Shown one piece after another: positions 12,840 through 27,300 of a stretch of DNA of 64,000 nt. This stretch comes from Eledone cirrhosa (Eukaryota). The first letter of the stretch is position 1. The number at the start of each line of letters is the position of its first letter. Made by a program: the position numbers and the translations under genes. The stretch spans positions 21,824,001 through 21,888,000 of the forward strand of contig OZ024745.1 in the NCBI GenBank assembly GCA_964016885.1, in the 5' to 3' direction. A model generated the notes under the pieces. It had not been told where the DNA came from, ran no database searches, and saw only the letters and a list, made by a program, of their open reading frames with translations.

Positions 12840-13479
12840 AAAGAATAGAGGTGTAACACACAAGTTATTATATATTGGTAAACGGAATAGAAAATGCTGA
12901 CAAATTGTTCACAGTTGAAAAATGGTTTAATTAGGAATAAAAGAGTATTAGTGATTGTATGGGTTAGTATTCAGTTGTGGTTTTAAGTTTTTAAGTTTTT
13001 ACCGGTTGCGCATTTCTAAATGCTTTTCAAAAATAATTTTGAGATAGAGTGTCCGTGCTGTTTGCTCTGATCTGATTAGTTTTGGGAATTCTACCTGTTT
13101 TTATGTTAAAAAAGTGGCTCCAGCGTTATTTTTGTGTTGCAAAAATGCTTGTGGTCAAAACAATTTTGATTGGTCGGTAGAGGTCATGTGAAAAATTGTT
13201 TTGACCACAAGCATTTTTGCAACACAAAAATAACGCTGGAGCCACTTTTTTAACATAAAAACAGGTAGAATTCCCAAAACTAATCAGATCAGAGTAAACA
13301 GCACGGACACTCTATCTCAAAATTATTTTTGAAAAGCATTTAGAAATGCGCAACCGGTAAAAACTTAAAAACTTAAAACCACAACTGAATACTAACCCAT
13401 ACAATCACTAATACTCTTTTATTCCTAATTAAACCATTTTTAACTGTGAACAATTTGTCAGCATTTTCTATTCCGTTTA

Positions 13480-13485
<6 letters not shown>
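12836..13485 (-). mobile_element. Fold-back PLE pLTR, family A copy 1
   Basis: Arms 12871-13167 and 13192-13485; ~35-nt tail at 12836-12870; (TA)n on both sides. Homologous to the termini of 14021-16537. Confidence 0.85.
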
Positions 13486-13537
<52 letters not shown>

Positions 13538-13581
13538 ATAGAAAACGAAAAATAAGTGATGCATCTGAACTCAATTTATTG

Positions 13582-13620
13582 TGTGTTACAATTGTTTCCC
13601 CGGCGGACACCTTCAGACGC
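13582..13620 (-). ncRNA. Degenerate minimal hammerhead motif
   Basis: gcgt-CTGAAGG-tgtccgccggg-GAAA-caattg-TA-acac: palindromic stem III, A9>G core change. Confidence 0.35.
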
Positions 13621-13736
13621 TATCATTGTGTGGATCTGTCTGATTCTGGACCCGCAGGTTCGACGGACGTCTAATGATTTCGGAGCATATTCTCTAACTT
13701 ATATATATATAATATATATATATATATATGTGTGTG

Positions 13737-14005
13737 TGTAATAAACAACATAAGATAATTATCTCATTTACCAGTGGTTTCTTGAAAGCAAACAAATCTG
13801 CTTTCAGTCATCAGAATGAAAAATTCCTGGTGTTTTTTCTTTTTTTCATTCTTATGTTCTGATGACTGAAAGCACATTTATTTGCTTTCAAGAAACCACT
13901 GGTAAATGAAATAATTATCTTATGTTGTTTATTACATAACTATTAAGCTCTGTAACCTACAAAGAGCACTCTTATTTCCTGGACCTTTCCGACGGAATTA
14001 CTTCA
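13737..14005 (+). mobile_element. Small fold-back element whose arms are essentially the hammerhead, with a ~70-nt tail
   Basis: 13737-13816 is the reverse complement of 13857-13936; tail 13937-14005 is followed by (TA)n. Confidence 0.8.
13762..13821 (-). ncRNA. Type I hammerhead ribozyme (second copy at 13844-13911 on plus)
   Basis: tttcatt-CTGATGA-ctgaaagca(8 nt)tgctttcaa-GAAA-cc(act)gg-TA-aatgaga: 7-bp stem I, 8-bp stem II, GUA triplet. Confidence 0.8.
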
Positions 14006-14020
14006 TATATATATATATAT

Positions 14021-15824
14021 ATATTGGTAAAAGGAAAAGAAAATGCTGACAAATTGTTCCCAGTGAAAAATAGTTTAATTAGGAATAAGTAAAAATTAGT
14101 AATAAGTATTGGTTAGTATTCAGTTTTAGTTTTAAGTTTTTACCGGTTGCGCATTTCTAATACTTGTCAAAAATAATTTTGAGATAGAGCGCCCGTGATG
14201 TTTGCCCTAATCTGATTAGTTTTGGAAATTCTACCTGTTTTATGTGAAAAAAGTGGCTCCAGGGGTATTAAAATAAGTTTCGCGCCAATTCGTGTTGCAA
14301 AAATTCTTGTGGTCAAAACAATTTTGATTGGTCGGTAGAGGTCACGTGAATGTTAAAAATTGATTTTGCGCCAAATGTAGGTTTGTCGAAGAGTGTCCTT
14401 TTTCGCCTGATTGAGAAGTCACTGAAAAATAAGTCTTTTAAGACATCACAAACTTCCCTTACCAACACTTGCACAGACAAAAACACAAGCCAAACCTCAA
14501 CAAGAAAGAATGGGAAGAATTAAATAGATTAAAAACCGACAGAAACATTACAATTAAAGAGGCTGCTAAAGGGAGTACAGTAGTCCTAATGGAGACAGAA
14601 TTCTATATCAACTTAGCGTTTTCCACTTTGGAAAACGAAACATACTACGAAAAGGCTGAACACTACAATCAACAGAAAATTATGAGAAACCTAAAAACTC
14701 TGATCAACCAATACAAAGAAGGACTCACTAACAAGGAATTCAGCTTCATCACAGACTTCACAAGTAAATCAAGCCTTTTCTACGGTATCCCTAAAGTACA
14801 TAAAAGCCAATTAATAAGTAAGGCATGCAAGGAAGCCACAGACATAGTCATCAATGTCCCCTCACCCAATGATCTCAAATTAAGACCTATAATAGCAGGC
14901 CTGGCTTGCGAAACCCACCGCCTTAGCAACTTCATTGATACCCTTCTTAATGCTTTTCTCAAACACATCAAAAGCTATATAAGGGACGACCTATATATGC
15001 TCAATCACCTCTCTAATATGCCCCTTTCTGAACAAACCCTACTAGTGACGTTCGATGTAGTCAACCTATACTCCAACATCCCCCACAACCTAGGAATAGA
15101 AGCTATCCAATTCTGGCTGAATAATTACCACAATGAACTCCCACAACGCATCAAAAAAGAATTCGTGATAGAGGGACTCAAATTTATCTTGGAGAACAAT
15201 TACTTCGTTTTCAATAACAAATCCTACAGGCAGAAATGTGGGACCACTATGGGAACGAAAACAGCCCCACTTATGCCAACTTAGTCATGGTATCCCTGGA
15301 AATCACCCTCTACACTAAAGTACTAAACAAATTTGGAAACACTCTCCACTTACACATAGAAAAGAACTGGAAGCGATATCTACACAAATATACACAAATT
15401 TGCATAGCTTTTGATGTCTATAGATATAAACGTGCCGACACACACACATACATATACGCACACATGCATTGCACACTGATGGGCACATACATATTTGTAC
15501 ACAAGTATTCCCATACGGCAGGGCCTAATGGATTCCCCTAGCAGTACGTACAATCTGGACACTCACACACACCTTGGTGTTATGACAATACTATACATCA
15601 TTTCACCCCTTTTATTATTAATGTTTTTGATGTTCTTTTGAGAGAATCGTTTTTGCAAATTACTGAAAATATCGAATAATGTACATCATTTTTACCAGTA
15701 TCACAAAAATACTGCTCCATCCACACACACACACGCACATACACACACACATACACACATACACATACACACACACACATATATACACACACACATACAC
15801 ACGCGTACACTAACATACAAAGGG

Positions 15825-15868
<44 letters not shown>

Positions 15869-15976
15869 CTCCGTATAAGACAAGAGCTGAAATATATCTT
15901 TCAACATGTTAAAATATCCCCACACACGTACAGACACATTCCTACTGACCGAATCCCTCTACCACGAATTACTCTG

Positions 15977-16065
<89 letters not shown>

Positions 16066-16531
16066 CACACACATATATTTGTCTTAAAAGACTTATTTTT
16101 CAGTGACTTCTCAATCAGGCGAAAAAGGACACTCTTCGACAAACCTACATTTGGCGCAAAATCAATTTTTAACATTCACGTGACCTCTACCGACCAATCA
16201 AAATTGTTTTGACCACAAGAATTTTTGCAACACGAATTGGCGCGAAACTTATTTTAATACCTCTGGAGCCACTTTTTTCACATAAAACAGGTAGAATTAC
16301 CAAAACTGATCAGATTAGAGCAAACATCACGGGCGCTCTATCTCAAAATTATTTTTGAAAAGCATTAGAAATGCGCAACCGGTAAAAACTTAAAACTAAA
16401 ACTGAATACTAACCAATACTTATTACTAATTTTTACTTATTCCTAATTAAACTATTTTTCACTGGGAACAATTTGTCAACATTTTCTTTTCCTTTTACCA
16501 ATATATCACAATTCGTGTGTTACACCTCTAT

Positions 16532-16537
<6 letters not shown>
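14021..16537 (+). mobile_element. Penelope-like element with ~425-bp inverted pLTRs and a 3' tail (family A copy 2), internally deleted
   Basis: 14021-14445 is the reverse complement of 16080-16505; tail at 16506-16537; encloses a PLE RT; (TA)n on both sides. Confidence 0.88.
14447..15385 (+). pseudogene. PLE reverse transcriptase fragment
   Basis: NITIKEAAKGSTVVLM, FYGIPKVHK, LRPIIAG, LVTFDVVNLYSNIP and LENNYFVFN..YRQKCGTTMG. Frameshift near 15265 to PTYANLVM...WKRYL; sequence ends just before the catalytic DD. Confidence 0.9.
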
Positions 16538-16606
<69 letters not shown>

Positions 16607-16643
16607 GAGAAGAAAGAAGAATACTGCGTGGTTGCACATGGGT

Positions 16644-16730
<87 letters not shown>

Positions 16731-17074
16731 ATATATATGCGAATAAAGTCGTGTTCTTCAGAAATGGCGGTTTGGGAATGAACCAAGACTAGACACACAG
16801 ACACACAATTTCAAGAAGGAAACTTCCATTCGACGTGATTGAAAGCAAAACAGAGAACACCAATAACCTTGTCTGAGCCGAATATTTTGGAATAATTTCA
16901 AACAGTGCAGTGTACTTTCTATATTGGCCAAATTGGTGAAACCAACTGGCGTGTTTCAGTCTTATTATATCTAATAGTTAGAGGCTCATTATAGTGGAAA
17001 CTTCGATGTCACTGTAAAACTTTCTGTCAGAAAAATAAATCCTATAATCTGGATATATATATGTATATATATAT

Positions 17075-17419
17075 TTAAAAAATAGAGGTGTGACACACGA
17101 GTTGTGATATATTAGAAAAAAGGAAAAGAAAATGGTGACAAATTTTTCCCAGTGAATAATAGTTTAATTAGGAATAAGTATAAATTAGGAATAAGTATTA
17201 GTTAGTATTCACTTTTTAGTTTTAATTTTTACCGGTAGCGCATTTCTAATGCTTTTCAAAAATAATTTTGAGATAGAGCGCTCGTGACTTTTGCTCTAAT
17301 CCGGTAAAAACTCAAAACTAAAACTGAATACTAACTAATACTTATTACTAATTTAAACTTATTCCTAATTAAACTATTTTTCACTGGGAAAAATTTGTCA
17401 GCATTATCTTTTCCTTTTA

Positions 17420-17425
<6 letters not shown>
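17075..17425 (-). mobile_element. Fold-back PLE pLTR, family A copy 3
   Basis: Arms ~17108-17235 and 17301-17425; tail aaaatagaggtgtgacacacgagttgtga at 17078-17107. Confidence 0.82.
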
Positions 17426-17476
<51 letters not shown>

Positions 17477-17763
17477 TGAGTGTTCATTTAATTTAGATTT
17501 CTTTATTTTACACTTACCTATATATATATGTGGGAATATTGATCTCATTTTATGTAAATTTTCCCATGTATAGAGAAAAAATCCGTTGTTTACCTACCTG
17601 CTATTTTACTGGTGTGGCAGACAACACGTCTATGTTACTCCCGCTTCTACTAACGACCAGTTCACGTGTAGGTCACGTTTACGACCCCATTCGATCTTGC
17701 ACTAGCTGGCTGAAGGCAATATATTTGACGGCCGTGGGAATTTATGTCCTATGTAAGGGAAAA

Positions 17764-17844
17764 TGCTTTCTGAAGAGCCGAACTTTAAATTGGAAGTCCC
17801 TCGGATTTCCAATCTTCTGTGAGGCGAAACCGTCGGTAAAAGCA
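17764..17844 (+). ncRNA. Type I hammerhead ribozyme with extended stem II
   Basis: tgcttt-CTGAAGA-gcc...ggc-GAAA-cc(gtc)gg-TA-aaagca: canonical core, G10.1-C11.1 pair, 6-bp stem I, internal hairpin attggaagtcc/ggatttccaat. Confidence 0.85.
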
Positions 17845-17923
17845 ATATGGATAGGTAAATATTTAAATTATATTTTTTGAATTTATTTTGAAAGATTGTT
17901 TGAATTTTGTTCCGCTTATCTCA

Positions 17924-18059
<136 letters not shown>

Positions 18060-18166
18060 CATACATATATTTATATGTGTGTGTCAGTGTTTTTGTGTGT
18101 GTTGTGAGTGTGTGTCTATGTGGGTATATATAGTATATATGTAGATAGATGGGTACATGTATATAA

Positions 18167-18200
<34 letters not shown>

Positions 18201-18359
18201 ATATATATATATCTATATATATCACAGTTGAAGAGAGACGAAAATAAATCTGACGTTGAAGCGGCAAAAATTAAGCTGTCTAAGACCCTTTTTTTCTGTA
18301 ACCTCTATAATCGATCATCGAATTCTTGTAATCATCACTGACTCCATGAACATCATAAA

Positions 18360-18710
18360 CAGTACCACCAGCACCACCAGTACTACCACCACCACCTCCA
18401 CCTGCACCACCTGTACCACCACCGCCACCACCACCACCACTACCACCACCACCTCCACCAACAGCACAACCTTCAACACCATCACCACAACCAACACAAT
18501 CACCACCACCACCACCACCAACAACAACGCAACCAACAAGACCACCACCAAAACCAAAACCACCACCACCACCACTACCATCACCATCATCAACACTATC
18601 TCAATCATGACCACCACCAACATCACCACCTACAGCATTACCAACACTATCAAAACCATTACTACGAGCACAACAATACCCAGATTGTCTACTACCAAGA
18701 ACACGACCAA
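18360..18710. repeat. Degenerate (ACC/AAC)n trinucleotide tract
   Basis: Directly visible; explains the poly-Thr and poly-Val ORFs. Confidence 0.9.
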
Positions 18711-18816
18711 TTCCTCAATATGCACGTGTTTATATATAAATATATATATGTGTGTGTGTGTGTGTGTGTATGTATATATGTATATATATATATGTACATA
18801 TGTATATATATATATA

Positions 18817-19018
18817 ACAAAGGAATTGTGGTAAGGAACCAGATGGACCATAACACACCAGAGTACTCAATACTTAGGGTAATTGAGTGGGAAATAGGAA
18901 AAAGTATGACCCCGACGGCAGAGCTCAAGCCGTTTCGGCGGCTATTTCTGGACGGCTATTTCAGTCCAGAAAAAGCCGTCGAAACGGCTTGAGCTCTGCC
19001 GTCGGGGTCATACTTTTT

Positions 19019-19023
<5 letters not shown>
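18817..19023 (-). mobile_element. GC-rich small fold-back element carrying the 3' half of a hammerhead
   Basis: Arms 18894-18952 and 18963-19023; tail 18817-18893. Each arm has GAAA-cggc(ttgagctct)gccg-TC. Confidence 0.75.
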
Positions 19024-19072
<49 letters not shown>

Positions 19073-19110
19073 ATATTAACAAATGGAAACTATATTTATA
19101 AAACCATATT

Positions 19111-19176
19111 TATTTCATTATACATATTTCCAGGGCCACCAAGGCAGATTGTGGTGCGCTTTCATCAGATAAAATA
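19111..19176 (-). ncRNA. Hammerhead candidate in a solo module between (TA)n tracts
   Basis: tattttat-CTGATGA-aagcgcacca...tggtggccctg-GAAA-tatgta-TA-atgaaata: 8-bp stem I, imperfect stem II base. Confidence 0.6.
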
Positions 19177-19349
19177 TAATATAGAATAGTTTTATAAATA
19201 AATATTGACATACCCTGAAAAAATGCAACCTTCACGGCTGGAGTCTCCTGGATACTTAATATATTGTATATTTACTCCAATAATTTGTTGAGTGCTTTAT
19301 ATCAGTTATAAAAACATTTTGCTTGTTGTATCCCAACAATTTAAATATA

Positions 19350-21310
<1,961 letters not shown>

Positions 21311-21758
21311 AGGTAAATAAAAAAATAAATAGACAAACAGATAGTTATATAGATAGATACAGAGAGAAAAAATATATATATAGAGAGAGAGAGAAAGAAA
21401 GAGAGAGAGGGAGAGGAAGAGAAAGTGAAGGAGAATGAAAGATAAAAAGATATATAGATAGGTCGGTAAGGGAAGAGGTAGAAAGATATGTTATATTGTT
21501 CCATATTTTTATTTTGTTTATTTTATTTTTCAAAATATTACCTATTTTTTTTATAGCCATGATTTAGTAGGTTTTAAATACTGCCATAGTCCAAGATAGA
21601 CACTGAAGATGTGAAATATCGCGTGAGATAAATATGGTTTATCTCACTTTTCTTTTTTGTTTTCCTATATTTCTGCCTTTACTATGCGGCAAACTTCATT
21701 TCTTTACACTCATGGAACACTCACCATCATAGTTATTATATATAAATGTGATATATGT

Positions 21759-21870
<112 letters not shown>

Positions 21871-21917
21871 CGGCGATGAATATATGACCCTCCCCAAGTA
21901 TAACACTATATATATAC

Positions 21918-22025
<108 letters not shown>

Positions 22026-22114
22026 GTTATAGAATACTATTAGCTTCTCGCTAAAACAATTTCTATACCTTTCATTTATATATATATATATATATATATT
22101 AATATATATACATG

Positions 22115-22518
22115 CATACATACATTCATGATGTGGAAAATATTCCATCAGCTTTGCCCAAATGATGTTGGCATCCCCTTTAATGTACACCCAAGGCTTG
22201 GGCCCCATGCTATCCGCTCACGACAAAAATCTCACTCGCATCTCATAACAACAATACGACACAATTATTTCACCTCAATTGGCCCTGCTCTCTTTAACAT
22301 TACACTAAAACACAGACCCCATCAAGTTCAAGAAGTCTTTGGACAAATTCCTTCAAGAAATCCAGGATAAGCCTCCTACACCCGGATATGCCTCCGTAAA
22401 CTACTAGAGTGAGCCATGGTGCCCAAGCCCTGATTTGTAAGGCTTCACTGGGTGGTGCTATTAAGTTAGACATGGCCTGGGCTAATACTGGCCGAAACCT
22501 ATTCAAATTATTATAAAG

Positions 22519-22520
<2 letters not shown>
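22115..22520 (+). mobile_element. 3' end of a CR1-like LINE (ORF2 C-terminus + 3' UTR)
   Basis: MMWKIFHQLCPN...RHNYFTSIGPALFNI, frameshift, then FKKSLDKFLQEIQDKPPTPGY; ends in (TA)n. Confidence 0.7.
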
Positions 22521-22558
<38 letters not shown>

Positions 22559-22559
22559 G

Positions 22560-22725
22560 GTTATATTTGAGGATGGTCACGTTGCCAATTTTGCGAATAA
22601 AGACAAACGCTTTATCAATATTAGTTATTGGTTAAAGGTCCTTCGTCACACATTCTGGGATCTCCTCAAGGAGTATTTGTTTTTCTTCTCTGTGTCCTTT
22701 TCTTTCTGGCCATATTTTGTTTACT
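22560..22725 (-). mobile_element. Diverged relative of the 2707-3302 element arm
   Basis: Shared blocks ggtca(c/t)gttgccaat, ttcgtcacaca(t/c)tctg and attttgttt; the HHR core is decayed. Confidence 0.6.
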
Positions 22726-23090
22726 CCATCCTGTCTCATATTACGAATAAATCTAAACATTTAAGGTTGTGTTTCGGATTGTGATTGGTCTGTGTGATGT
22801 TTTGGTTTTTGCTAGGCATAATATTGTGAAGAATCTAATATGTTTTCATCTTCTCAATTAATTTAATATCTCTCACAGATGAGTATGTGATGTGGCCATG
22901 ACATTTTGAAATGACCGCCGAATCTCGTACAACAAATATTAAAAAGAAAGAATTTCATAATTATTACTGCAATATAAAGCAGTTGAACAAGCTTTTGAGT
23001 TTCAAACTTCTCATCAGCTACCTGTTTGTATGCTTCTATTACTTGTGATTCTACCCAAATACCACGTGTTGATGTCAAAACTGGATGGTG

Positions 23091-23240
23091 TCTTCTTCTT
23101 CTTCTTCTTCTTCTTCTTCTTCTTCTTCTTCTTCTTCTTCTTCTTCTTCTTCTTCTTCTTCTTCTTCTTCTTCTTCTTCTTCTTCTTCTTCTTCTTCTTC
23201 TTCTTCTTCTTCTTCTTCTTCTTCTTCTTCTTCTTCTTCT
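23091..23240. repeat. Pure (CTT)n tract, ~50 units
   Basis: Directly visible. Confidence 0.97.
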
Positions 23241-23289
23241 ATCTACCTTTTCCCATACATGGGAAAAAAACACAAATAATAAACACTTC

Positions 23290-24350
23290 AAACAAACCAC
23301 CTAACATTAACATCTGGTGGATTCTGGCAGGGTTATTGGAGGAGGATGAAGACACAATACTGTCGATTCAAAAATCCACAAGAAACACATGGAACGGCAC
23401 AAGCTTGGAAATTATGGTGCAAATGAAACCGAACAGAATTTCCAAGATACCAGAAAGGGTGCCAGTAGACAATACAAACTATATACAGATTTCGGCAGAA
23501 GGTGGGGGGCCACATTGTTTTAAATGCGCGAGCACATCGCATTTAAAGGCCTCCTGTCCTCTCTTAAGAACAAACACCACCACCACCCCCAAAAGTACTT
23601 TTACCAACACCAACTCCCAAACCACAACAACAACACACAAAACAAACAAACACACAAAAACAAATAACTGTTCAACCACAAACAACAGAAAAAACACAAA
23701 CAATTCCCCTGAAAAACACAGTCCGACACCATCCCACGCCATCCAACACTACCACAATCACACACACAAACACACCATCACCACACAACATACCCTCCCA
23801 CACGCCCCTGATGACGATTCATCACCAGATGAGGCTACTTCTACATCCCCAAGTGAAGATGAAGGAGAGCCTCGTAAATAAAAAAAAACAAAAAAAGAGA
23901 CACCACAAAGCCACAAAAACAACAATCATCAACACGAACAAACAACCGCTGACACAAACAACAACACAAACACAACTACAATCAACCCCTCCCCCCTACC
24001 AGCAAAACAAACACCAACACCACCCCAAACACAAATGCCCACCATAAAAAGAAAACTACAAAATGAACAACAATACATATTACATTAACACAAACAACAA
24101 AAACCTAATGGAGTCATTTCCTAACACCCCGAAGTAGAAACTGATGGGAAAACCTTTGTAAAAGCAGATTCTCAACCACACCTAAAACTAATAAGGGTTC
24201 GATAGAAATTGAAATTACAGTTTTCACAGGACGTTGGAAACCCTGCCAAAAACCAATAAACTGTGTCCTGTTGAAATGCCCCCCCCCCCCCCCCCACCCC
24301 CACACCAGAACTGAAATGGAGATTGAACAACCAGATCTCCAGGAAACGAA
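23290..24350 (+). pseudogene. Gag-like ORF1 remnant of a non-LTR retrotransposon (CCHC zinc knuckle)
   Basis: KIPERVPV...IQISAEGGGPHCFKCASTSHLKASCP (CX2CX4HX4C), followed by Thr/Asn/His low complexity and a stop at 23881. Confidence 0.65.
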
Positions 24351-24351
24351 A

Positions 24352-27300
24352 AGTTGTGGTTCTGTTCTATATAGTAATGGTTGTGTTCTATATAGTTATG
24401 GTTCTGTTCAGTATAGTTATATTTCTGTTCTATATAGTTATGGTTCTGTTCTGTATAGTTATATTTCTGTTCTATATAGTTATGGTTCTGTTCTATATAG
24501 TTATGGTTCTGTTCTGTATAGTTATGGTTCTGTTCTGTATAGTTATGGTTCTGTTCTATATAGTTATATTTCTGTTCTATATAGTTATGGTTCTGTTCTG
24601 TATAGTTATGGTTCTGTTCTATATAGTTATATTTCTGTTCTATATAGTTATGGTTCTGTTCTATATAGTTATGGTTCTGTTCTGTATAGTTATGGTTCTG
24701 TTCTGTATAGTTATGGTTCTGTTCTATACAGTTATGGTTCTGTTCTGTATAGTTATGGTTCTGTTCTATATAGTTATGGTTCTGTTCTATATAGTTATGG
24801 TTCTGTTCTATACAGTTATGGTTCTGTTCTGTATAGTTATGGTTCTGTTCTATATAGGTATATTTCTGTTCTATATAGTTATGGTTCTGTTCTGTATAGT
24901 TATGGTTCTGTTCTGTATAGTAATTGTTCTGTTCTGTATAGTTATGGTTCTGTTCTGTATAGTTACGGTTCTGTTCTGTATAGTTATGGTTCTGTTCTAT
25001 ATAGTTACGGTTCTGTTCTATACAGTAATGGTTCTGTTCTATATAGTTATGGTACTGTTCTATATAGTTATGGTTCTGTTCTATATAGTTATATTTCTGT
25101 TCTATATAGTTATGGTTCTGTTCTATATAGTTATGGTTCAGTTCTGTATAGTTACGGTTCTGTTCTATACAGTTATGGTTCTGTTCTATATAGTTATGGT
25201 TCTGTTCTATATAGTTATGGTTCTGTTCTATATAGTTATGGTTCTGTTCTGTATAGTTATGGTTCTGTTCTATATAGTTATGATTCTGTTCTATATAGTT
25301 GAGGTTCTGTTCTATATAGTTATGGTTCTGTTCTATATAGTTATGGTACTGTTCTATATAGTTATGGTTCTGTTCTGTATAGTTATGGTACTGTTCTATA
25401 TGGTTATGGTTCTGTTCTATATAGTTATGGTTCTGTTCTATATAGTTATGGTTCTGTTCTATATAGTTATGGTTCTGTTCTATATAGCTATGTTTCTGTT
25501 CTGTATAGTTATGGTTCTGTTCTATATAGTTATGGTTCTGTTCTATATAGTTATGGTTCTGTTCTATATAGTTATGGTTCTGTTCTATATAGTTATGGTT
25601 CTGTTCTATATAGTTATGGTTCTGTTCTATATAGTTATGGTTCTGTTCTATATAGTTATATTTCTGTTCTATATAATTATGGTACTGTTCTATATAGTTA
25701 TGGTTCTGTTCTATATAGTTATATTTCTGTTCTATATAGTTATGGTTCTGTTCTATATAGTTATGGTTCTGTTCTATATAATTATATTTCTCTTCTGTAT
25801 AGTTATTGTTCTGTTCTATATAGTTATGGTTCTGTTCTATATAATTATGGTTCTGTTCTATATAATTATATTTCTGTTCTGTATAGTTATTGTTCTGTTC
25901 TATATAGTTATGGTTCTGTTCTATATAGTTATATTTCTGTTCTGTATAGTTATGGTTCTGTTCTATATAGTTATATTTCTGTTCTATATAGTTATTGTTC
26001 TGTTCTATATAGTTATGGTTCTGTTCTATATAGTTATGGTTCTGTTCTATATAATTATATTTCTGTTCTGTATAGTTATTGTTCTGTTCTATATAGTTAT
26101 GGTTCTGTTCTATATAGTTATGGTTCTGTTCTATATAGTTATATTTCTGTTCTATATAGTTATGGTACTGTTCTATATAGTTATATTTCTGTTCTATATA
26201 GTTATGGTTCTGTTCTGTATAGTTATGGTTCTGTTCTATATAGTTATGTTTCTGTTGTATACAGTTATGGTTCTGTTCTATATAGTTATGATTCTGTTCT
26301 ATATAGTTATATTTCTGTTCTATATAGTTATGGTTCTGTTCTATATAGTTATATTTCTGTTCTATATAGTTATGGTTCTGTTCTGTATAGTTATGGTTCT
26401 GTTCTATATAGTTATGTTTCTGTTCTATATAGTTATGGTTCTGTTCTATATAGTTATGGTTCTGTTCTATATAGTTATGGTTCTGTTCTATATAGTTATG
26501 GTTCTGTTCTGTATAGTTATGGTTCTTTTCTATATAGTTATGGTTCTGTTCTATATAGTTATGGTTCTGTCTATATAGTTATGGTTCTGTTCTGTATAGT
26601 TATGGTTCTGTTCTATATAGTTATGGTTCTGTTCTATATAGTTATGGTACTATTCTATATAGTTATGGTTCTGTTCTGTATAGTTATATTTCTGTTCTAT
26701 ATAGTTATGGTTCTGTTCTATATAGTTATGATTCTGTTCTGTATAGTTATGGTTCTGTTCTATATAGTTATGGTTCTGTTCTGTATAGTTATATTTCTGT
26801 TCTATATAGTTATGGTTCTGTTCTATATAGTTATGGTTCTGTTCTGTATAGTTATATTTCTGTTCTATATAGTTATGGTTCTGTTCTATATAGTTATGGT
26901 TCTGTTCTGTATAGTTATATTTCTGTTCTATATAGTTATGGTTCTGTTCTATATAGTTATGGTTCTGTTCTATATAGTTATATTTCTGTTCTGTATAGTT
27001 ATTGTTCTGTTCTATATAGTTTTGGTTCTGTTCTATATAGTTATGGTTCTGTTCTATATAGTAATTGTTCTGTTCTATAAAGTTATATTTCTGTTCTATA
27101 TAGTTATGGTTCTGTTCTATATAGTAATGGTTCTGTTCTATATAGTTATGGTTCTGTTCTATATAGTTATGGTTCTGTTCTATATAGTTATGGTTCTGTT
27201 CTGTATAGTTATGGTTCTGTTCTGTATAGTTATGGTTCTGTTCTATACAGTTATGGTTCTGTTCTGTATAGTTATGGTTCTGTTCTATATAGTTATGGTT

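Noticed and set aside
16290-16385. Hammerhead in the family A pLTR
   Set aside because: CTGATCAGA and GAAATGCGCAA deviate from the core and no stem I forms.
14021-16537. DNA transposon or MITE with long TIRs
   Set aside because: It encloses a PLE RT rather than a transposase, arm lengths vary among copies, and the ends are asymmetric (tail).
22975-23025. Minus-strand CTGATGA..GAAA motif
   Set aside because: Stems II and III are too weak to distinguish from chance.
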